Part shown: in pieces, positions 49,980-59,868 of the stretch
How positions within the stretch are numbered: position 1 is the first letter of the stretch
How the letters are laid out: each line of letters opens with the position of its first letter
Assembly (NCBI GenBank): GCA_036279855.1
Contig: DASUIH010000049.1
Location: 11,517 to 75,516 of the forward strand
Reading direction: 5' to 3'
Source of the DNA: Solirubrobacteraceae bacterium
Lineage (GTDB): Bacteria > Actinomycetota > Thermoleophilia > Solirubrobacterales > Solirubrobacteraceae
Length of the DNA: 64,000 nt
The notes under the pieces: model-generated
Seen by the model: only the letters and a program-made list of their open reading frames with translations
Told to the model about the DNA's origin: nothing
Databases searched by the model: none
Made by a program: the position numbers and the translations under genes

Positions 49980-51310
49980 AGCCCCGCCCCGAGCTGCCGC
50001 CCGGGCCATACCTGGTCGTCGGTCTTGCACGCTCCGGTCGCGCTGCCGCGCTGACGTTGCGGGCGCGAGGCGAGCGGGTGATCGGCCTGGACTCCGGCAA
50101 GCCCGCCGACCTCGATGCGCTGCTGGCCGCGGGGGTGGAGCTGCACTTGGGCGAGCAGGACGGCGCGTCGCTGGTCGAACGGGCTGCCTGCATCGTCAAG
50201 AGCCCCGGGGTTCCGGCGGCCGTCCCGGCCGTGCAACACGCGCTGGCGGAAAGGAAGCGCGTGCTGGGGGAGCTGGAGCTGGCCTGGCGGCTGCTCGCCA
50301 ACGAGTTCATCGCTGTGACCGGAACCAACGGCAAGACGACGACCGTCGAGCTGATCGGCCACATCCACGGTGTCGCAGGCGTCCCGGCGACGGTCGCCGG
50401 CAACGTTGGCGTGGCGCTCAGTGGTCTGGTCGGCCGGATCGACCCGGCCGCGACGATCGTGTGCGAGGCGTCCTCGTTCCAGCTTGAGGACGCGCTGGCG
50501 TTCTCGCCCGAGTTGGCGGTGCTGTTGAACCTCGCGCCCGATCACCTCGACCGTCACGGGACCTTCGAGCACTACCGGCAGGCCAAGTTGCGGATCTTCG
50601 CCCGTCAGGACGCGGGCGACACAGCGGCGCTGCCGGCCGGGCTGGAGCTGGGCACGATCCCGGGCGCGGCACGACGGGTGTTCTTCGGCGCGGGGGAGGT
50701 CGCGGACCTCTCGCTTGCCGATGGCGTCCTGTACTGGCGGGGCAAGCCGCTGGTGAAGGCAAGCGAGCTGCGCATACCGGGCCGTCACAACCTGCAGAAC
50801 GCGATGGCCGCGGCGGCGGCGTGCTTGGTGCGGGGACTCGACCCGCGGGCCGTGTGCGAGGGACTGCGCTCCTTCCCGGGTGTCGCTCACCGGCTCCAAG
50901 AGGTCACCGTGCGCGACGGCGTGCGCTATGTCAACGACTCCAAGGCGACCAATGTCGCCAGCACGCTGGTGGCACTCGACGCGCTCGCGGGCGCGCATCC
51001 GGGCATCCACCTGATCCTTGGGGGGCGGGGAAAGGGGCAGGACTTCGCGCCGCTGCGGCTCCCGGTCGAGCGCTGCTGCCGGGCCGTCTATCTGATCGGC
51101 GAAGACGCCGAGCGGATCGCCACCGCTCTCGACGGCGCTACCACGCCTATGAGCCGTTGTGAGACGATCGAGCGCGCGGTCGAGCGAGCCCGCGGGCAGG
51201 CACGCCCGGGCGAGACGGTCCTGCTCTCGCCGGCGTGCGCGAGCTTCGATCAGTTTGTCGACTTCGAAGCGCGGGGCGAGCGCTTCAGGGAATTGGTCAG
51301 TCCTTCGTAG
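49976..51310 (+). CDS. murD: UDP-MurNAc-L-Ala--D-glutamate ligase
   Basis: GLARSG, VTGTNGKTT, EASSFQL, DHLDRH, NDSKATN, LSPACASFD. Confidence 0.96.
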   Translation: MKPRPELPPGPYLVVGLARSGRAAALTLRARGERVIGLDSGKPADLDALLAAGVELHLGEQDGASLVERAACIVKSPGVPAAVPAVQHALAERKRVLGELELAWRLLANEFIAVTGTNGKTTTVELIGHIHGVAGVPATVAGNVGVALSGLVGRIDPAATIVCEASSFQLEDALAFSPELAVLLNLAPDHLDRHGTFEHYRQAKLRIFARQDAGDTAALPAGLELGTIPGAARRVFFGAGEVADLSLADGVLYWRGKPLVKASELRIPGRHNLQNAMAAAAACLVRGLDPRAVCEGLRSFPGVAHRLQEVTVRDGVRYVNDSKATNVASTLVALDALAGAHPGIHLILGGRGKGQDFAPLRLPVERCCRAVYLIGEDAERIATALDGATTPMSRCETIERAVERARGQARPGETVLLSPACASFDQFVDFEARGERFRELVSPS

Positions 51311-51319
51311 TTTTCCGCT

Positions 51320-51810
51320 ATGTTGACTGCATTGCGAGGGCGGGTCACAACATGGACGGTCGTTGCGCTTGCGTCGATCGTGCTCGGCGCGGCTTCCAGC
51401 GCCAGCGCCAATGCCTTGACGACGGCCAGGAAGGTAGCCAGTCGCAGGCATCCAGCCCGTTCTCGATCGAAGGTTGCACGGCCGCCGCGACGGGCACCGG
51501 GCCGCCCATCGAATCCTTAACTCCGAAGTCCTCGAAACCGAGCCGACCGCAGCTACGCCACCTACAGGCACGGGTCGTCGGGCATCGGCTGCTGTTGAGC
51601 TTTGATCTCTCTGCCCCGGCTGAGCTGGACGTGACCGGCCCCGGCGTGCGCCGGTATGCGCACAAGCTGCGAGCGGGCAGGCACGACCTGGTTCTGAATC
51701 TCAGTCGCACTGGTATGGCAGATGTCCGTCATGGGCGTCGCGTCGACATCCGTCTCCGGGCTCGTACGTCCGCCGGCTCGACTTACGTGCCTGTCGCCGT
51801 GCGTCCGTAG
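51320..51810 (+). pseudogene. Relic of a secreted protein gene (signal peptide and C-terminal beta domain in different frames)
   Basis: Signal peptide in ORF 51320..51520; protein-like C-terminal domain in the 51235..51810 frame from about 51418. Confidence 0.55.
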
Positions 51811-51833
51811 ATCGCCCGGCAGGCATCGGCGCC

Positions 51834-53192
51834 GTGGCGTCGAAATCAGCCCTGATGTCAGCATCGGCAGCCGTCCGGCGATCCAGGCCGCGCGTCAGCG
51901 CGACCGGCAAAGCAGCCGCCGCGGCCTCGCTTGAGCACAACATCCTGCTGACCGCCACGCTCTGCCTGCTCGCGCTCGGCGCTGTGATGGTTTACAGCTC
52001 CTCCTCGGCGCCGACCGTGCTCGAAGGCCACGGCAGCGGCACCGGCTACCTGATCAAGTTCGTCGTCTACGGCGCGCTCGGCCTGGTCGCGATGCGCGTG
52101 CTTGCCCGCGACGGGATCGCGCGCGTGCAGTCGCTGGTGGGGCCGTTGCTTGCGGTCTCGTTCGTGCTTGTGCTGGCGGTGCACGTGCCGCGCCTGGGCG
52201 TCAGCGTCAACGGCGCCAAGCGCTGGCTCGGCGCGGGGCCGCTGCAGTTCCAGCCCTCGGAGCTGTTGAAGATCGCGCTCGTGCTCTACGGCGCTTCGCT
52301 GCTCGCGCGCCGGCCCGCGCGTGTCAACGACCTGCGCGACCTGTTCAAACCGTTGCTGGCGGTCGTCGGCGCTGCCTGCCTGCTTGTCGCTACTCAGCCC
52401 GACATCGGCACGGCGATGATCATCGCCTTCACCACTTTCGCGCTGCTGGTCGCCGCCGGCATCCCCCGGCGCAATCTCGCGATCATCCTCGGCTGGTGCT
52501 TTGCGCTCGTCGCTTTGTACGCGATCGCCCGCCCGTATGCGCGGGCGCGCCTGACCTCGTTCGTCGACCCGTGGGCGCACGCCTCCGGCAGTGGCTTCCA
52601 AGCCGTCCAAGGCCAGATCGCGATCGGCTCGGGTGGGCTGTTCGGCGTTGGGCCCGGGCAGTCGGTGCAGAAGATCTTCTATCTGCCCGAGGCGCACACA
52701 GACTTCATCCTGGCTGTGATCGGCGAGGAGCTTGGCGTGATCGGCATCTCCGCTGTGCTGTTCCTGTACGGCCTGATTGCCTACGCCGGCCTGCGCGCGG
52801 CCAAGGCCGCCCGCAGCCTGCACAGCGCGCTGATCGCCGTCGGCATGACCTCGCTGATCGTCTCCCAAGCGCTGCTGAACGTGTTCGCCGTGCTCGGCCT
52901 GGCGCCGCTCACGGGAGTGCCGCTGCCGCTCGTCTCCTACGGGTCGAGCAGCATGATCGTGACGCTGGCGGCGATGGGGCTGTTGCTGAACGTGGCCGCA
53001 GGCGGCAGCGCGCACGTACGCGCGGTGTCGGCCCCCACCCGTGCGCGCCGCCGCCCCGACGCGCCGCCGCGCGAGCAGGCAGGATGGGGCCGTGAGCAGC
53101 GCGCCGAAGCCGAAGCGATTCGTAATAGCCGCGGGAGGGACGGCCGGGCACGTGGCGCCGGCACTCGCGGTCGCGGACGCGCTGCGGGCTGA
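51834..53192 (+). CDS. ftsW: Peptidoglycan polymerase FtsW
   Basis: MVYSSS, NGAKRW, QPSE, QPDIG, PEAHTDFI, TGVPLPLVSYG. Confidence 0.95.
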   Translation: MASKSALMSASAAVRRSRPRVSATGKAAAAASLEHNILLTATLCLLALGAVMVYSSSSAPTVLEGHGSGTGYLIKFVVYGALGLVAMRVLARDGIARVQSLVGPLLAVSFVLVLAVHVPRLGVSVNGAKRWLGAGPLQFQPSELLKIALVLYGASLLARRPARVNDLRDLFKPLLAVVGAACLLVATQPDIGTAMIIAFTTFALLVAAGIPRRNLAIILGWCFALVALYAIARPYARARLTSFVDPWAHASGSGFQAVQGQIAIGSGGLFGVGPGQSVQKIFYLPEAHTDFILAVIGEELGVIGISAVLFLYGLIAYAGLRAAKAARSLHSALIAVGMTSLIVSQALLNVFAVLGLAPLTGVPLPLVSYGSSSMIVTLAAMGLLLNVAAGGSAHVRAVSAPTRARRRPDAPPREQAGWGREQRAEAEAIRNSRGRDGRARGAGTRGRGRAAG

Positions 53193-54165
53193 CGGCGCGC
53201 AGGTCAGCTTCATCGGTGGCGATCGCGCCGAGGCGGAGCTGGTGCCGGCAGCGGGCTATCCGCTGCGAGCGATCTCAGTCGAAGGCCTGCCGCGGCGCCG
53301 GCCGCTACGCGCGCTGCTGGCCCTGGCCAAGGCGCTGCGCGCCTTCTGGCGCTCGCGAGCGCTGCTGCGCGAGCTGGCGCCAGACGCGGTGATGGGCGGT
53401 GGCGGCTATGTCGCCGGGCCGGTCGGTCTCGCTGCCGTGAGCCTGCGCGTGCCGCTCGTGCTGACCGAGGCCGACTCGCACCTGGGGATCACCAACCGGC
53501 TGCTCGCCCGCTTCGCGCGGCGCGTCTGCCTGGCGTTCCCGATCGCCGGGCGCGACGGCCCGCGCTACCGCGTGACCGGGCGCCCGATCCCGGTGGCGAG
53601 CGCGCGGCGCGAGGACGCCCGCGGGCAACTCGGCATTGGTCCCAATGAGACGTGCGTGCTCGTATTCGGCGGATCGCTCGGCGCACGCACGATCAACCAA
53701 GCCGCGCTGGGGGCCTTCGCGCAGGGCGACTTTCGCGTCATCCACGTCTGTGGCCGTCGCGACTACGCCGAGTCAAGCTCCGAGCCGCTGCGAGCGGGCT
53801 ATGACCTGCACGAGTACCTGGACCTGACGAGCTTCGCGCAAGCGCTTGCCGCCAGCGACCTGGTTGTCGCCCGTGCCGGTGGCTCGGTGTTTGAGATCGC
53901 CGCCTACGGCCTGCCGGCGATCCTCGTGCCCTACCCACACGCCGCCGCGGATCACCAGAGCGCCAACGCGCGCTGGATGGCCGACGGGGGCGCCGCGAGC
54001 GTGATCGCGGACGGCGAGCTGACGCCGGCGCGGCTGGCAAAGGAGGTCGCCGCACTGCTTGCCAACCCGGCACGGCTGGGGGCGATGGCCGCCGCCTCCC
54101 GCCGCCTGGCGCGGCCGGATGCCGCCCGCGAGGTCGCCGAGGAGCTGATCGAGGCGGCGGAGTGA
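53092..54165 (+). CDS. murG: Lipid II GlcNAc transferase
   Basis: AGGTAGH, GGGGYVAGP, FGGSLGA, ARAGG, PYP..DHQ..NA; GTG 53092 overlaps the ftsW tail by 101 nt. Confidence 0.95.
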   Translation: MSSAPKPKRFVIAAGGTAGHVAPALAVADALRADGAQVSFIGGDRAEAELVPAAGYPLRAISVEGLPRRRPLRALLALAKALRAFWRSRALLRELAPDAVMGGGGYVAGPVGLAAVSLRVPLVLTEADSHLGITNRLLARFARRVCLAFPIAGRDGPRYRVTGRPIPVASARREDARGQLGIGPNETCVLVFGGSLGARTINQAALGAFAQGDFRVIHVCGRRDYAESSSEPLRAGYDLHEYLDLTSFAQALAASDLVVARAGGSVFEIAAYGLPAILVPYPHAAADHQSANARWMADGGAASVIADGELTPARLAKEVAALLANPARLGAMAAASRRLARPDAAREVAEELIEAAE

Positions 54166-55502
54166 GCGCAAAGCCTTGGCAGGGACGACGCCTGCACCTG
54201 GTCGGCGTCGGTGGCGCCGGCATGAGCGGCTACGCGCGCGCCGCTCACGCGCTCGGCGCGACCGTCACCGGCTCTGACCGAGCCGAGACCGCCTACCTGC
54301 AACGCCTGCGCGACGAGGAAGCGCTCGCCGCCGTGACGGTCGGCCACGACGCCGCCAATGTGCCGGCCGGCACGGGCGTCGAGCTGGTCTATTCGAGCGC
54401 GATCGCGCCCGAGAACTCAGAGCGCTTGGCGGCGCGCGAGCGAGGGCTCCCAGAGCACTCGCGCGCCTGGCTGCTTGCCGAGCTGACCGGGCTGCGGCGC
54501 ACAATCGCGGTCGCCGGCGCGCACGGCAAGACGACGACGTCCTCGATGATCGTCCACATCCTGCGTGGCGAAGGCCTCGACCCGGGTTGGCTGATCGGCA
54601 GCTCGATCGGTGAGGGTCTGGCCAACTCGCACTGGAGCGAGGGGGAATGGCTGGTGGTCGAGGCTGACGAGTCCGACCGCTCGATGCTCGCGCTGAACGT
54701 GGAGATAGCGGTGCTCACGAACGTCGAGCTGGACCACCATGCGAGCTTCTCCTCGCTGGCCGAGCTGCGCGCGGCATTCGCCCAGTTCCTCTTGCGCGCC
54801 AGCGGTCCGCTCGTGGTCTGGGACCGGCCCGAGCTGGTCGCGCTGGCTGCGCCAAAAGCCGGGCTGCACCGCTACGACGCGCCTGCGCCCGTCATGGGCC
54901 CAGGCGGGAGCGAGTTCGCTTGGCGCGGCCGGCAGGTCGCGCTGGCCGTTCCGGGCGCGCACAACGCCCTCAACGCGACCGCGGCGCTGGAGGCGGCTGT
55001 CCTGGCAGGAGCGGACGAGCAGCGCGCGCCCGCCTGGCTGGCCGGCTTCGCTGGAGCCGGCCGGCGCTTCCAGCGCGTCGGCACGACGCGCGCCGGGGCG
55101 GTCGTGATCGACGACTACGCCCACCACCCGACCGAGGTCGCGGCCACGCTGCAGGCCGCGCGCACGCTTGCTCCGAAGCGGCTGGTGGCGGTGTTTCAAC
55201 CTCACCTGTACTCGCGCACGGCGATGCTCTCCCGCGAGTTCGGCCAGGCGCTCGCGCACGCCGACGCAATCGCCGTGCTCGACGTGTACGCGGCGCGCGA
55301 GCGCCCCGAGGACCACCCGGGCGTGAGCGGCTTGACGATCGCTCGCGCTGCCGCCGAGCACGCGCACGGCCGTGCCGTCCTGTGGCTGCCCGACTTCGCC
55401 CTGGCTCACAAGACGCTGAGCGGCGTGCTGCGCGAAGGCGACCTGTGCGTGGTGATGGGCGCCGGCGACAGCGACGTGCTCGCGCGGGAGCTTGTCGCGT
55501 GA
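54162..55502 (+). CDS. murC: UDP-MurNAc--L-alanine ligase
   Basis: GVGGAGMSG, GAHGKTTT, EADESD, DDYAHHPTE, FQPHLYSRT. Confidence 0.96.
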   Translation: MSAKPWQGRRLHLVGVGGAGMSGYARAAHALGATVTGSDRAETAYLQRLRDEEALAAVTVGHDAANVPAGTGVELVYSSAIAPENSERLAARERGLPEHSRAWLLAELTGLRRTIAVAGAHGKTTTSSMIVHILRGEGLDPGWLIGSSIGEGLANSHWSEGEWLVVEADESDRSMLALNVEIAVLTNVELDHHASFSSLAELRAAFAQFLLRASGPLVVWDRPELVALAAPKAGLHRYDAPAPVMGPGGSEFAWRGRQVALAVPGAHNALNATAALEAAVLAGADEQRAPAWLAGFAGAGRRFQRVGTTRAGAVVIDDYAHHPTEVAATLQAARTLAPKRLVAVFQPHLYSRTAMLSREFGQALAHADAIAVLDVYAARERPEDHPGVSGLTIARAAAEHAHGRAVLWLPDFALAHKTLSGVLREGDLCVVMGAGDSDVLARELVA

Positions 55503-56407
55503 GCGGGCGGCCCGCGGCGATCCGCGAGAACGTCGCGTTGGCGCGGCTTGCGACCGTGCGCACCGGCGGCGAGGCCGAGCTGTTCGCACGCGCCGGCAGC
55601 GAGCGCGAGCTGACCGAGCTGCTCGCCTGGGCCGACGCTGAGGAGGTCCCGGTCAGCGTCGTCGGCTCGGGGTCGAACCTGTTGATCGCCGACGAGGGGG
55701 TGGCGGGCCTCGTGCTCAAGCTCGATCGCGAGCTGGCCGGGATCGAGCGCGACGGCGATGCGCTGCAGTGCGGCGGCGGCGCTCGCTTGCCCGCTGTCGC
55801 GGCCGAGGCGGCGCGCGCGGGGCTGGCCGGAATCGAGTTCGGGGTGAACATCCCCGGCACCGTCGGCGGCGCCGTGCGGATGAACGCCAATGCCTATGGC
55901 GGCGAGCTGGCGCGGGTGCTGGAGTGGGCGCTGCTGATCGACGCCGGCGGGTCTGAGCAGCGGCCGCCCGATCGGCTCGGCTTCGGCTATCGCAAGTCGA
56001 ACCTGCGGGCCGGCGAGATCGTCGCCGGCGCACGCTTCACGCTTGCCCCCTCGGACCCTCAGACGGTCAAGGCAACGCTCTCGCAGATGCGCTCGCGCCG
56101 CCACGAAGCCCAGCCGCAGGGGATCAAGACATTTGGCTCGACGTTCGTCAATCCAGAAGATCCCCGCGCGGAGGGCCGCAGCGCCGGCCTGCTGCTCTCA
56201 CAGGCCGGCTGCAACGGACTGCGAGTCGGCGGTGCGCGCTTCTCGCCCAAGCACGCCAACTTCGTCGAGAACACCGGCACCGCGACGACTGCCGATGTCC
56301 TGGCGCTGATGGCCGAGGGCCGCCGGCGCGTCCACGAGCGCTTCGGGATCGAGCTTGAGCCGGAGGTTCAGACGCTCGGCGCGGTGCGCTTTCCCTGGCG
56401 GACGTAG
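55499..56407 (+). CDS. murB: UDP-N-acetylenolpyruvoylglucosamine reductase
   Basis: GSGSNLL, IPGTVGGAVRMNA, FGYRKS, GSTFVNP, HANF, LEPEV. Confidence 0.95.
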   Translation: MSGRPAAIRENVALARLATVRTGGEAELFARAGSERELTELLAWADAEEVPVSVVGSGSNLLIADEGVAGLVLKLDRELAGIERDGDALQCGGGARLPAVAAEAARAGLAGIEFGVNIPGTVGGAVRMNANAYGGELARVLEWALLIDAGGSEQRPPDRLGFGYRKSNLRAGEIVAGARFTLAPSDPQTVKATLSQMRSRRHEAQPQGIKTFGSTFVNPEDPRAEGRSAGLLLSQAGCNGLRVGGARFSPKHANFVENTGTATTADVLALMAEGRRRVHERFGIELEPEVQTLGAVRFPWRT

Positions 56408-57300
56408 CCGCTCGCCGTCAGCCGCAGGATCTCGATCATCGCCGGCGTGGCAGGGCTGAGCCGGGCGTCAGCGGGAGCGGCGGCGAACACCTGGCGTTGG
56501 GGCGGGGCCGGCGAGAGCGCTCTGATCGCGATGTCCTCGCGCACGACCGACAGCGCCAGCTCGGGTATCAGCGCCACGCCGACACCAGCCGCCACCAGGC
56601 CCTGCACCGTCTGATAGTCGTCGCTTTCAAAGGCGACGTTCGGCTCAAAGCCGGCGACGTGGCACGAGCGCACGACGTGAAGCGCGCACGGGCTCGCAAG
56701 CGATGTCTGCACCCACGCCTCGCCGCTGAGGTCCTCAAGGCGCAGGTCGCTCTTGCCCGCCAGCGGATGGCTTCCCGGCAGCGCCAGGCACATCGGGTCC
56801 TCAAGCAGCCCCACCCGGCGCATCGCCCCCATTCCCTCCAGCGGCTCGGCGAACTCGAACAGCAGCGCCAGGTCGAGCTCGCCCGAGCGCAGTCGTGGCG
56901 CGATCTGCTCGGGCTCGCCCTCGGCCAGCGTCAACTCGACATCGGGGTGCGCGGCGCGGAAGTTGGCGATCGCAAGTGGCATCAGCGTCGCGCCGGCCGT
57001 GGGAAAGGAGGCCATCCGCAGCCGGCCCGCGCGCAGGCCGGCGATCGCCGCCAGGTCGGCCTCGGCGGCCTCCAGGCGTGCGAGCACGCCCTCGGCGTGC
57101 TCGCACAAAGCCTCGCCGGCGGCGGTCAGGCGCACCCCGCGCGCGTGGCGCTCAAGCAGCGTCAGGCCGACTTCGGCCTCTAGCGTGGCGATCTGCTGGG
57201 AAACGGCTGACTGGGTGTAGGAGAGATCCTCAGCCGCGGCCGAGAAGGAGCCGCGCCTTGCGACCTCCACCAGCACCCGCAGCCTGCCGACGTTGAGCAT
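56368..57300 (-). CDS. LysR-family transcriptional regulator
   Basis: GSFSAAAEDLSYTQSAVSQQIATLE HTH plus substrate-binding domain. Confidence 0.96.
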   Translation of the reverse strand: MLNVGRLRVLVEVARRGSFSAAAEDLSYTQSAVSQQIATLEAEVGLTLLERHARGVRLTAAGEALCEHAEGVLARLEAAEADLAAIAGLRAGRLRMASFPTAGATLMPLAIANFRAAHPDVELTLAEGEPEQIAPRLRSGELDLALLFEFAEPLEGMGAMRRVGLLEDPMCLALPGSHPLAGKSDLRLEDLSGEAWVQTSLASPCALHVVRSCHVAGFEPNVAFESDDYQTVQGLVAAGVGVALIPELALSVVREDIAIRALSPAPPQRQVFAAAPADARLSPATPAMIEILRLTASGYVRQGKRTAPSV

Positions 57301-57420
57301 CAGTGCTCCTTATACCTCAGATCAGCAGTCTGACTGGAGTATCTGGCAGGTGCGGGGAAGACTGTTAGCGAAGCCAACTTCGTCCGCAGAGAGATCCCCA
57401 CAGAACAAGGAGCCACCGCC

Positions 57421-58107
57421 ATGTCCACCAAGATCGTCGTCTCCTATGACGGCACCTATAACGAGGACGACGCCGTTGCCCTTGGTCGCCTGTTCGCCCA
57501 CGCCGGCGCTGAGGTATCGCTGGCCTATGTCCGGCACGTCGCCGAAGTGGAGGCCAGCCGCGAGATCCTCGCTCAGCACGAGGCCGAAGCGTTGCTGCAG
57601 CGCGGTGCTGAGGCGCTCGGCAACGCTGACATCGACAAGCACGTCGTCACCGACCGTTCCACCCCCGACGGCCTGCGCGCGCTGGCCGAGCGCATCGGCG
57701 CCGATGCGCTCGTGTTCTGCTCGGACTCCCACACCGCGCAGGGCCGCGTCGCCGTCGGCAATTCGGCGCGACGACTGCTTGAGGGCGGTCCGGTCGCGGT
57801 CGCGATCGCGCCGGCCGGCTTCGCCAAGTCGGCCACGGCGGCCGGCGTTCGCAACGTCGGCGTCGTCGGCGACGGCAGCGCGCATGCGACTGCCGAGGCG
57901 CTGGCCGGCGCGCTCGGCGCGCAGGTGGTGGCGGCCGACCATCAGGCGCTCGATGCGCTCGTGGTCGGGTCGCGCCCGGAGGCCGAGCAGGGGCGGGTGT
58001 CGATCAGCGCCGCCAGCGAGAACCTGATCGAGAACGCGGCAAGCCCGGTGCTGGTCGTCGCCCACGGGCGCGCGCTGTCCTTCGACAGTGCTCTGGCGAC
58101 GCTGTAG
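57421..58107 (+). CDS. Tandem universal stress protein
   Basis: KIVVSYDG, two USP-like halves ending PVAVA and PVLVV; AAGGAG RBS. Confidence 0.88.
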   Translation: MSTKIVVSYDGTYNEDDAVALGRLFAHAGAEVSLAYVRHVAEVEASREILAQHEAEALLQRGAEALGNADIDKHVVTDRSTPDGLRALAERIGADALVFCSDSHTAQGRVAVGNSARRLLEGGPVAVAIAPAGFAKSATAAGVRNVGVVGDGSAHATAEALAGALGAQVVAADHQALDALVVGSRPEAEQGRVSISAASENLIENAASPVLVVAHGRALSFDSALATL

Positions 58108-58162
58108 AAGAGAGGGCTGGGCAGGTCCGGCGGTCGCTCGCAGGGCCTGCCTCAAGCTCGCC

Positions 58163-58300
58163 TCAGCGTCCGTGCCAGCGGGCGCGGTAATAGCGCAGCA
58201 TCGCTTCGGCGAAGTCGAGCGTCCCACCGACCAGGTGCCCGACCGGGCCGCTCCACAACCACGTCTCCAGACGCTGCGAGTAGGGCTTGAGCTTAGGCAT
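58163..58300 (-). CDS. Small 45-aa hypothetical protein
   Basis: MPKLKPYSQRLETWLWSGPVGHLVGGTLDFAEAMLRYYRARWHGR; leaderless-type TACCGT 8 nt upstream. Confidence 0.5.
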   Translation of the reverse strand: MPKLKPYSQRLETWLWSGPVGHLVGGTLDFAEAMLRYYRARWHGR

Positions 58301-58325
58301 CGCGGCGCACGGTATCGTGGCAGCC
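58301..58325. promoter_or_regulatory. Candidate bidirectional leaderless promoter (small ORF / tig)
   Basis: 25-bp gap; TATCGT 7 nt before tig GTG; TACCGT 8 nt before the minus-strand ATG. Confidence 0.5.
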
Positions 58326-59735
58326 GTGTCCAACGTGCTGAAGACGACCGTCACGGAGCTGCCCGAGTCGCGGGTGCGCGTTCAGGTCGAAGTCCCATCC
58401 GCTGAGGTGCAGGCACGACTGGAGCGCAAGGCGCGCGAGCTTGGCCGCGAAATGAAGATTCCGGGCTTTCGCAGCGGCAAGGTGCCGGCACCGCTTGTGA
58501 TCCAGCGCGTCGGCCGCGAGGCCGTGCTTGAGGAGGCCGTGCGCGACACGCTCGGCCATTGGTACTCCGACGCGATCGACACGGCAGGCATCGCGACCGT
58601 GGGCGATCCCAAGCTCGACCTGTCTGACCTGCCCGAGCAGGGGGGTGCGCTGGAATTCTCGATTGAGATAGGGGTGCTGCCACGCGCCACGCTCAGCGAT
58701 TACAAGGGGCTGGAGGTCGGCCGCCGCGAGGTCTCGATCGAGGACGAGGCCGTCAAGCAGGAGATCGAAGGGCTGCGCGAGCGCCTGGCGCGGCTCGACA
58801 CCGTCGAGCGGGCCGCTGAAGCCGGCGACTTCGTCGTCGTGGACTACGTCGGCTCGATCGAGGGCGAGCCGTTCGAGGGTGGCGAGGGGCGCGACCAGTT
58901 GGTCGAGCTCGGGTCGGGCAACCTGATCCCCGGCTTTGAGGAAGGGCTGACCGGCGCCGCCGCCGGTGAAGCCCGCTCGATCGAGCTGAAATTTCCAGAG
59001 GACTATCCCAGCCAGCCACTGGCCGGCGCCGATGCGACATTTGCGGTCAGCGTCAAGGAGGTCAAGCAGAAGCGGCTTCCCGACGTCGACGACGACTTCG
59101 CCGCGGACGTCGGATTTGACTCGGTCGATGAGCTGCGCGAGGACATCAGCACGCGCCTCGGCGAGGCCGACGAGCAGCGGGTGGAGGCCGAGTATCGCGA
59201 AGCGGTGCTGGATGCTGTCGCCGCCTCAGCTCAGGTGCAGACGCCCGAGACGCTGGTGCAGGCCAAGGCCAAGGAGATGTGGGAGCGGATGCTGCACTCG
59301 CTCTCGCACCGCGGCATCACACGCGAGGCGTACCTGAAGGTCACTGGACGGGACGAGGCCGACCTGCTGGCCGAGCTACAGCCCGAGGCCGAGCAGTCGT
59401 TGCGACGCGAAGCTGTGATCGCCGCGGTGATCGAGGCTGAGCAGATCGTGCCGAATGAGCAGGACCTGCTGCAGGCGCTGGAGCTGACCGCCGAGCGCGA
59501 GGGGGTTCAGCCACAGCAGCTGCTTGAGCAGCTGCGCAGCAACGGCCGCGTGGCGGACCTGGCCGAGGATCTTGCCGCCCGCCAAGCCGTCGAGCTGGTC
59601 GCCGCGCAAGCTCAGCCGATCCCGCTGGAGCGGGCGCAGGCGCGCGAGAAGCTGTGGACGCCGGAGTCCGAGCGGCGCGAGAGCGCACAGGCCAAGGACG
59701 AGCCGCCGGCTCGACTTTGGACGCCGGGCCGCTAG
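58326..59735 (+). CDS. tig: Trigger factor
   Basis: IPGFRSGKVP ribosome-binding motif, FKBP domain (GDFVVVDY.G..F.GG, LIPGFEE); followed by clpP-clpX. Confidence 0.96.
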   Translation: MSNVLKTTVTELPESRVRVQVEVPSAEVQARLERKARELGREMKIPGFRSGKVPAPLVIQRVGREAVLEEAVRDTLGHWYSDAIDTAGIATVGDPKLDLSDLPEQGGALEFSIEIGVLPRATLSDYKGLEVGRREVSIEDEAVKQEIEGLRERLARLDTVERAAEAGDFVVVDYVGSIEGEPFEGGEGRDQLVELGSGNLIPGFEEGLTGAAAGEARSIELKFPEDYPSQPLAGADATFAVSVKEVKQKRLPDVDDDFAADVGFDSVDELREDISTRLGEADEQRVEAEYREAVLDAVAASAQVQTPETLVQAKAKEMWERMLHSLSHRGITREAYLKVTGRDEADLLAELQPEAEQSLRREAVIAAVIEAEQIVPNEQDLLQALELTAEREGVQPQQLLEQLRSNGRVADLAEDLAARQAVELVAAQAQPIPLERAQAREKLWTPESERRESAQAKDEPPARLWTPGR

Positions 59736-59868
59736 CCTGAAGGCCAGCTCGCGTGCGTCGGCAGCAGGAATCCGGGCGGCGAGGCGAAACTGAAGCGTGG
59801 ATCGCGACCGTGTGGGAGAGCCCGGCGGTCGCGCAAGCGAACATTCCGAGAAGGAGAGCGAGTAGAGG

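Noticed and set aside
53092-53192. 101-nt ftsW/murG overlap as a dual-coding curiosity
   Set aside because: The ftsW tail is low-complexity run-on after the last TM; there is no sign of function.
49958-53213. Long minus-strand ORFs (537 and 451 aa) opposite murD/ftsW, and similar ones at 60028-61419, 54417-55589 and 46885-48126
   Set aside because: Antisense shadows of high-GC genes; Arg/Ala/Gly-rich with no motifs.
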